Shown: piece after piece, positions 57,960-64,000 of the stretch
Numbering within the stretch: the stretch's first letter is position 1
Layout of the letters: every line of letters starts with the position of its first letter
Origin: Phycisphaerales bacterium
Lineage (GTDB): Bacteria; Planctomycetota; Phycisphaerae; SM23-33; FEN-1343
Reading direction: 5' to 3'
DNA length: 64,000 nt
NCBI GenBank assembly: GCA_003171335.1
Contig: PMYD01000082.1
Coordinates: 2,518 to 66,517 of the forward strand
The notes under the pieces: generated by a model
Databases searched by the model: none
What the model was told of the DNA's origin: nothing
Seen by the model: the letters and a program-made list of their open reading frames with translations, nothing else
Made by a program: the position numbers and the translations under genes

Positions 57960-58436
57960 CTATTTAAGCGAACGCCCATATTCGAACGCCGCCAGATTCG
58001 CCCCGTGCGCCGCCGGCGGCAGATTGGCCCGCACGGCCGCCACAAAATGCTCCACCGGCAGGTCCAGGTGGGCGCTTAGAAGCCCCAACATGGCGATGTT
58101 GAGGCTGCGCGGGCTGTTCAGCTTGCTGATATCAATCTGCCCGGGCCTGAGCACGGCAGCGTCCTCGCCCAGGACCTCGCGGTTCACCTCCACCTGCGAG
58201 TCTTCCAGGGCCAGCAGGAAATGCGCCCTGCCGGCGGGCACCATGGGGCTGAGCACCTCGCGGCCAAAGCGCACATCGCTGCGGACGGAGCCGCCGCGCT
58301 GGCTCATGCCGTGCACCTCGGCCTTCTTCACATCGAGCCCCGCGGCAAACGCCGCCTCGGCCAGAATATCCGACGCCTTCAGCACGCCCTGGCCGCCCAG
58401 GCCGACCACCACGATGTTCACCACGCCGTCAGGCAT
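57960..58436 (-). CDS. iorB: Indolepyruvate:ferredoxin oxidoreductase beta subunit
   Basis: GLGGQGV, KAEVHGMSQRGGSV, N.AMLG, N.AAFEYG. Confidence 0.92.
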   Translation of the reverse strand: MPDGVVNIVVVGLGGQGVLKASDILAEAAFAAGLDVKKAEVHGMSQRGGSVRSDVRFGREVLSPMVPAGRAHFLLALEDSQVEVNREVLGEDAAVLRPGQIDISKLNSPRSLNIAMLGLLSAHLDLPVEHFVAAVRANLPPAAHGANLAAFEYGRSLK

Positions 58437-58476
58437 TTGCGCTCGCTTTGCGGAAGGCACGTAACAAGAAAACGAC

Positions 58477-58608
58477 AGACACAAAGATCACAAAGGCCAC
58501 GAAGGTCACAAAGCAAGATCAGGGTAAAGGCAACACTGGCGTCCTTCTTCGTCTTTGCACTATTTGTCTCTCTTTGTGCCCTTTGTGATCTTTGTGGTCT
58601 TTGTGTTC
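58477..58608. repeat. CACAAAG-family inverted repeat between iorA and iorB
   Basis: Arms match 2905-3000. Confidence 0.85.
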
Positions 58609-58617
58609 CGCTTTGGT

Positions 58618-60216
58618 CTAAGACTGTCCCGGCTGGACCTGCCGGATCCGCTTGGCCGCCAGCGGGCACGGCCGGCGGATGATAATGACGTTGAGCCGGC
58701 CGTTGGCCAGGCTCTCCTCCAGCAGCCCCCGCAGGCGATCGCGCTGGCTGATCGGGTCGATCACGGCCACGCAGGGCACGCCTACCGCCTTGGCCAGGGC
58801 CTCGATGGAAAGCTGCGCCGCCGGGCCATGGTCCAGGCGGCGGCCGGTGGCCGGATGCTCCTGCAAACCGGTCATGGCGGTTGTGCCATTATCGAGGATG
58901 ATCACCACGTGCCCGGTGGCCGGCGGGTTATACACCATCTCCACCAGGCCGGTGATGCCGCTGTGCACAAACGTGCTGTCGCCAATGACGCTGACGACCC
59001 GCCGCGCCTGCTCCTCGCCCAGCACGTGCCGCAGGCCCAGCCCCACGCTGATGGAAGCGCCCATGCACACGCAGGTGTCCATCGCCTCAAAGGGCGGCAG
59101 CACGCCCAGCGTGTAGCAGCCGATGTCGCCGGCGACCACGCAGCCCAAGTCGCGCAGGGTCTCGAACGTCAGGCGATGCGGGCACCCGACACACAGTTGC
59201 GGCGGCTTGCCCTTGGCCGGCTGGGGCTCCGCGCTGCGGTCGTTCGCCAGGATTCGCGCCACGCGCTCGACGGACAGTTCGCCAAAGCGGTACATCTCCG
59301 GCTGGGCATCCACCGCGATGCCGGCCGCACGAATCGATTCGGCCAGGTACGGATCGCCCTCCTCGATCACCAGGCAGCGTTTGACCGAGCGGGCAAAGCG
59401 GGCGATCTTGCCCACGGCCAGCGGATACGTCATGCCCAACTTGAGCACGGCCGCCGCCGGCGCCGCCTCGCGGGCGTGCATCGTGCTGATGCCCGAGGTG
59501 ATGATGCCCAGCTCGCCGCCGGGTGAGCCGGGCGAATAAACCTTGTTCAGCTCCGCGGTCTCGCTCCACTGGGCGATCGCCGCGAGCTTGGCCCGCAGCC
59601 GGCGGTGGGCCAGACGGGCATAGGTGGGGATCATGACGCGACCTTGAACATCCCGTTCATAATGCGGTGCGGCGGCGGGCCGATTCAGCGTTCGGCGCTG
59701 CACGATGGTCTTGGAGTGGCACACCCGCGTGGTCACGCGCAGCAGCACCGGGATGGACCAGCGCTCGGAAATTTCGATGGCGGCGGCGGTGAAATCGTAC
59801 GCCTCCTGCGAGTCGGCCGGCTCGAGCATGGGCAAACCCGCGGCGACGGCATAGCGGCGGTTGTCCTGCTCGTTCTGGCTGGAGGCCAGGCCCGGGTCAT
59901 CCGCCGAGACGACCACCAGCGCACCCGTCACGCCCGTATAGGCCGCGGTGAATAGCGGGTCGGCGGCGACGTTGAGACCCACATGCTTCATCGTCGCCAC
60001 GGCCCGCGCGCCGGCGAACGCGGCCCCCAGCGCCACCTCCAGCGCCACCTTCTCATTGGGCGACCACTGGGCGTAACCACCCAGCGATGAGAAAACCTCC
60101 AAGATCTCCGTCGACGGCGTGCCCGGATAGCCCGCCCCCAGGGCCACGCCGGCGTCCAGGGCCGCGCAGGCGATGGCTTCGTTGCCACTCAAGAGTTTAC
60201 GGTCAGGCTCACTCAT
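58618..60216 (-). CDS. iorA: Indolepyruvate:ferredoxin oxidoreductase alpha subunit (no C-terminal ferredoxin domain)
   Basis: GNEAIA, YPGTPSTE, NEKVA, MKHVGLNVAAD, SSQNEQD, LCVGCPHR, GDIGCY, GDSTF.HSG, DN.TTAMTG. Confidence 0.92.
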   Translation of the reverse strand: MSEPDRKLLSGNEAIACAALDAGVALGAGYPGTPSTEILEVFSSLGGYAQWSPNEKVALEVALGAAFAGARAVATMKHVGLNVAADPLFTAAYTGVTGALVVVSADDPGLASSQNEQDNRRYAVAAGLPMLEPADSQEAYDFTAAAIEISERWSIPVLLRVTTRVCHSKTIVQRRTLNRPAAAPHYERDVQGRVMIPTYARLAHRRLRAKLAAIAQWSETAELNKVYSPGSPGGELGIITSGISTMHAREAAPAAAVLKLGMTYPLAVGKIARFARSVKRCLVIEEGDPYLAESIRAAGIAVDAQPEMYRFGELSVERVARILANDRSAEPQPAKGKPPQLCVGCPHRLTFETLRDLGCVVAGDIGCYTLGVLPPFEAMDTCVCMGASISVGLGLRHVLGEEQARRVVSVIGDSTFVHSGITGLVEMVYNPPATGHVVIILDNGTTAMTGLQEHPATGRRLDHGPAAQLSIEALAKAVGVPCVAVIDPISQRDRLRGLLEESLANGRLNVIIIRRPCPLAAKRIRQVQPGQS

Positions 60217-60236
60217 GCTTGAAAATGTAACGGGAA

Positions 60237-60291
60237 AAATCCCAAATCCCAAATCCCAAATCCCAAACAAATCCCAAGCTCCAAATTCCAA
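60237..60291. repeat. Single arm of the AAATCCC heptamer element
   Basis: (AAATCCC)3 AAAC AAATCCC AAGCTCC AAATTCC. Confidence 0.8.
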
Positions 60292-60300
60292 ACGAAACAA

Positions 60301-60339
60301 TAAAAAACAGCGGGCCGCCTTTTGAGGGGCGGCCCGCCG
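60301..60339 (-). terminator. Terminator after the porin gene
   Basis: GCGGGCCGCC..GGCGGCCCGC hairpin followed by T6 on the minus strand. Confidence 0.7.
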
Positions 60340-60364
60340 CGATGTTCGAACTACCGGCTTGGGC

Positions 60365-61843
60365 TTACCAGGTGAAGACCAACTCGTAGCGGCCGAAGAA
60401 GGCCACGTCGTTGGCGGCATCAGAGTAGTAGTTGCCCGGGAGGAACACTTCGCCCTGCAGGTGGCCGGCGATGTGCTCGTTGAACTGGTACTTCATCAAC
60501 GCGGTGAGCAACTGGCCGCGGAAGTGGCCTTCCGAGGTCGTCGAGGCGTTGTCCACGTTGTTGTTATAGGCAAACAACAGGTGATAGTTGGCCTGGAAGG
60601 TCAGCGGCTTACAGGGCGTGAAGCCGGCGCCGACGTACAGGCGGTGCAGGTCGGACGAGGCGGCCGGCCGGCCGTCGATCGTGTCCATGTAGCCGTTGTA
60701 CAGATCGCTCCACTGCGGATAGCGGCCCCACAGGATGTTGAAGTCCTGGGCCGGATCCTTGCCGCCGGAACGAACTTCGTAGCCCGCCCAGGCGGCCGTG
60801 TCGTAGTCATCGTGGAAGTTGTAGGTCAGCCGGCTGTTGAGGCCCCAGGCGCCGCAAACGCTGTGCGAGGTGGCTTCCGGCGTGAACCCGGAACCGATCT
60901 GGCTGTTGCCGAACTGGAACGCGCCTTCCGCGCTGCCCTGGATGTTGTCCGTCATATCGCCCGCCACGCGGGTACCCAGCGTGTAGATGTCGGCGAAGCT
61001 GCCGTCTTCCTCCACGCCCGGGGCGCCTTCCAGCGCGCCGGCGTGGTAGTAGATGAAGTACGGTTCAATCGTGGTGCTCTGGATCGACTTGTTCGAGGCA
61101 TACAGGATGATGCCGCGCTCGTTGTTCTCGGCGATGTACCGGCCCTTGACGCCCGCCGCCATGGTATCGTTGAAGTTCGGGATCATGCTGTCCTGGGAGT
61201 CGGCGCGATTCTCGATGTACACCGCGTCAAACGTGGTGTTCATCTCGTCGGCCTTGTACGTGCCACGGATGGCGTCGAAGTACACGGTCCGCGAGCCATC
61301 GCCCGGCGTGCCTTCGAAGACCAGCCAGCCATCGCCGAAGCGCATCTGCTGGCGGCCAACCGTCACGGCCAGCGGCATGTCCGCAATGTTCGCCCAGCGG
61401 ACATTCAAATCATCCACCGTCACCACGGTATCCGGGGTACTGGGCCCGGTGTCCGGCCTGCAAATCTCCCACCATTCCCAGACGACGCGGGCGTTGATGG
61501 ACAGGTCCAGATCCTCCACCGGCTTGATCTGCGTCCACAGCCGCGGACGAATCCGCGTCCACAGGTCCTCGTTGCCCAGGCCGGTCGAGTGATGCTCGTC
61601 CAGCAACGGATCCCTCATGTACTCTTCGCGGAAGCGGATGTCGAAGCCCCAGTTCATCCACGGCACCAGCTCGTTGACGGCCCGCTTGCTCTCGCAGATG
61701 CCGCAATACTCCTGCGTCGTGGCTGTGGTTTCCTGGATGCCCTGCGGAACGCCGGGCTTGTCCTGGGCCCAGGCCGACTGGGCCAGCATCACCGATGCCG
61801 CCAACGCGGCCAGCAACATCACCATCACACTCGTCGTTTTCAT
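60365..61843 (-). CDS. Alginate-export-family outer membrane beta-barrel protein
   Basis: Signal peptide, R.REE, GRQ.MRFGDGWLVFEG, FDAIR, C-terminal aromatic ELVFTW. Confidence 0.8.
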   Translation of the reverse strand: MKTTSVMVMLLAALAASVMLAQSAWAQDKPGVPQGIQETTATTQEYCGICESKRAVNELVPWMNWGFDIRFREEYMRDPLLDEHHSTGLGNEDLWTRIRPRLWTQIKPVEDLDLSINARVVWEWWEICRPDTGPSTPDTVVTVDDLNVRWANIADMPLAVTVGRQQMRFGDGWLVFEGTPGDGSRTVYFDAIRGTYKADEMNTTFDAVYIENRADSQDSMIPNFNDTMAAGVKGRYIAENNERGIILYASNKSIQSTTIEPYFIYYHAGALEGAPGVEEDGSFADIYTLGTRVAGDMTDNIQGSAEGAFQFGNSQIGSGFTPEATSHSVCGAWGLNSRLTYNFHDDYDTAAWAGYEVRSGGKDPAQDFNILWGRYPQWSDLYNGYMDTIDGRPAASSDLHRLYVGAGFTPCKPLTFQANYHLLFAYNNNVDNASTTSEGHFRGQLLTALMKYQFNEHIAGHLQGEVFLPGNYYSDAANDVAFFGRYELVFTW

Positions 61844-62401
61844 GCTCCCGGGCTCCTTTCAGCCTTCTTGGGGGCGCTCCGATTGCCCTTGCGCAAAATG
61901 CCCCAACTCAGTAGTTCGATCATCAAACCAAATTTCGGCGGTAAAACAAGCCGTGCTGCCTAAGGTATTCACCGGCCCTGGCCGTTCCTGGGTCGCCGCA
62001 AAGGGCATTCCAAATTCGGCCAACGCGCTACCGTGGACACTTCTGACCTGCTTCCAAAAGGCGCATCCAACCACCCGATGCCCCGATACAGGACCACGGC
62101 GGTCGTATCCAATCACCGAAAGGCGGATCTTTTGCAAGTAAAATTTAGTTCCCGTTAATCGCTTGTTTTTTCCCGCTGCGGCGGGTTTGCCGCCACACAC
62201 CGATCGGCCCCTCGGGCGACCCAAGCCGCCAACGATTCATTACATCAGCTAGTGCAATGGCTTGCGACAAGCACTCGCCGCTGGCGAGCCATGTTACAAG
62301 GCACACAGCGGCATGTCGGCAATGGGCGCGACCGGGCCTGCCGCCCGGGTCGGCCAAAAAGTGCGTGAGCCGCCGGCGCCCCCGCGGTACGCTGGCGGGG
62401 C

Positions 62402-63256
62402 ATGCTAGGCTGCCATCTTTCCATCGCCGGGGGCGTACACAACGCCCTGCTGGAGGCCATCAGCCTGGGCACGGACTGCGTGCAGATTTTTACGCAGAAC
62501 CAGCGGCAGTGGGCCGGTCGGGCGCTTTCGCAAGATGAACTGGCTAACTGGCAGGCGGCCCGCCGCCAGGCGAAACAGGCCGCGATTATCAGTCACGGCA
62601 GCTATCTCCTGAACCTCGCCAGCCCCGATTGGCCGCTGCGCCGCCGGTCGATCGCGCTTCTGGAGCAGGAGCTGGCCCGCTGCAAAGCGCTGGGGATTTC
62701 GGCGGCCGTGGTGCATCCCGGCTCGCACATGGGCGCGGGACTGAGCGAGGGGCTGCGACGAGTGGCGCGTTCGCTGGACCTGCTGCATAAACGCTGTACT
62801 AGAAACCCCGTCATGGTGGGCCTGGAAAACACCGCCGGCCAGGGCGACGGCGTGGGCTGGCGGCTGGAACAGCTTGCCTGGGTGCTGGAACACGTTGATT
62901 CCCCCGCCCGCGTGGGCATCTGCCTCGACACGGCTCACCTGCTGGCGGCCGGCTACGACCTCACCAGCGGCGACAGCGCCGAAAAGGTGCTGGAGGAGGT
63001 CGATCGCGTGATCGGTTTGGCGCGAGTGCTGGCCGTGCACCTGAACGATTCGAAGGCGCCCCTGGGCAGCCGCGTGGACCGCCACGAGCATATCGGGCAC
63101 GGCCACGTTTCGTTGGCGGCCTTCGCCGCCTTCATCAACCATCCGCGCCTGCGCTGTGTGCCCCAGGTGCTCGAGACGCCCAAAGAAACCGCCCCCGACG
63201 GCCGGCCGTGGGACTTGGTCAATCTGCTCACCCTGCGGTCGCTCCAGCGGGCCTGA
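62402..63256 (+). CDS. nfo: Endonuclease IV
   Basis: GCHLSIAGG, QIFT, HGSYLLNLAS, HPGSH, ENTAGQG, DTAH, HLNDSK, DRHEHIG, ETP. Confidence 0.95.
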   Translation: MLGCHLSIAGGVHNALLEAISLGTDCVQIFTQNQRQWAGRALSQDELANWQAARRQAKQAAIISHGSYLLNLASPDWPLRRRSIALLEQELARCKALGISAAVVHPGSHMGAGLSEGLRRVARSLDLLHKRCTRNPVMVGLENTAGQGDGVGWRLEQLAWVLEHVDSPARVGICLDTAHLLAAGYDLTSGDSAEKVLEEVDRVIGLARVLAVHLNDSKAPLGSRVDRHEHIGHGHVSLAAFAAFINHPRLRCVPQVLETPKETAPDGRPWDLVNLLTLRSLQRA

Positions 63257-63392
63257 GAACGTGTATGAAAACCGGCTCCGATCGTGGCACGGCCATCTTG
63301 GCGGTGAATCCGGCCGTTTCTTGCGCCGCCACGGGCGAGACGCCCGTGGGACTCATGGGCGGGACGCCCATGCCACGTTTCCATACACATTC
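63256..63392. repeat. REP cluster CACGGGCGAGACGCCCGTG with AGAACGTGTATGAAAA / TTTCCATACACATTCT flanks
   Basis: Matches 6769-6922, including the right flank. Confidence 0.85.
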
Positions 63393-63451
63393 TGAGTGGC
63401 GAGTAAGCTCCTTTGCTGCCGTAATCACGTCCTGCCGTCAAAAAAAGACTC

Positions 63452-63479
63452 TTGACAGCCACGAAAATGCGGATAAAAT
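63452..63479 (+). promoter_or_regulatory. Near-consensus sigma70 promoter
   Basis: TTGACA-N16-TAAAAT. Confidence 0.6.
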
Positions 63480-63724
63480 CTTACTAACTATCCGTAGCTA
63501 GGCCTGTCTATAGGATAAGCAATGGTGCTGGCCTGGAAATTGAATGCTTCTGAAAGCCGAGTAGGTTAGACTTGCCAAGCTGGCTGCGCGACCAGAATAG
63601 TTCTTCCGGTCCGCCAGATGCTTCGAGATATATGGTAAGATATTATTACATAAGTAATTATGCGATCTTAGCCGCAGGCGGGGCGAGTTGCGCCCCCCGG
63701 TGGTCCAAGCCAATGCTTTTGGCC

Positions 63725-63975
63725 TCAACTGGTGAAATTCACCAGTTGACTGCCTTCCGGCCGTGCGAGGGGTCGGATTCCGGCCCTTACGCTCCAGCCC
63801 CAACTGAGGAATTTCCTCAGTTGAGGAAAATTCGGGCAGGCGAGGGGTTCGGGTCCAGCCCTTACGCCCAGGCCTCGACTGGTGAATTTCACCAGTTGAG
63901 CACCATCCGGACAGGCGAAAGGTGCAATTCCAGCCCTTACGCTCCGGCCCCAACTGAGGAATTTCCTCAGTTGAA
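63725..63975. repeat. Array of four 23-bp palindromes at 75-bp period (may continue beyond the window)
   Basis: CAACTGGTGAAWTTCACCAGTTG alternating with CAACTGAGGAATTTCCTCAGTTG; centres 63737, 63812, 63887, 63962. Confidence 0.92.
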
Positions 63976-64000
63976 CACTATCGGGCCGGGCTTACCACGC

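Noticed and set aside
63498-63953. 151-aa minus-strand ORF as a real gene
   Set aside because: TTG start inside a repeat, in-frame TAG just upstream, content is translated repeat and leader
63725-63975. CRISPR array
   Set aside because: Linkers resemble each other, repeats alternate between two types, and no cas genes are in the window

Overview
GC-rich chromosomal region, probably from a planctomycete (Phycisphaerae-like; inferred from DUF1570, DUF6677-like, TIGR03790, PEP-CTERM with dockerin-like repeats and 'SQPA' linkers). It carries about 55 CDSs, mostly housekeeping or metabolic: neuA-like, NifU, GH20, tsaB, MTAP, rnd, trpG/pabA, pyrF, frameshifted prfB, gpsA, mtnA, SOR-like, dnaK, GH13, a paaK-ACT-paaK-iorBA cluster and nfo. 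No rRNA, tRNA or CRISPR-cas was found. Intergenic DNA holds at least 7 families of palindromic or short-period repeats, one flanking an IS200-type/RAYT tyrosine transposase and some inserted in-frame into genes. The most unusual signal is a family of ~23-bp palindromes with shared outer bases and variable inner arms. It occurs (i) eight times at exact 42-bp spacing inside a ParB/Srx-HTH gene, (ii) as a non-coding 75-bp-period array behind a sigma70-like promoter at the right edge, and (iii) as a cluster of six different variants upstream of dnaK. Also notable: small accessory genes sit at the 3' ends of prfB and pyrF with the gene tail duplicated and no integrase nearby. All assignments are by motif recognition; no database search was run.
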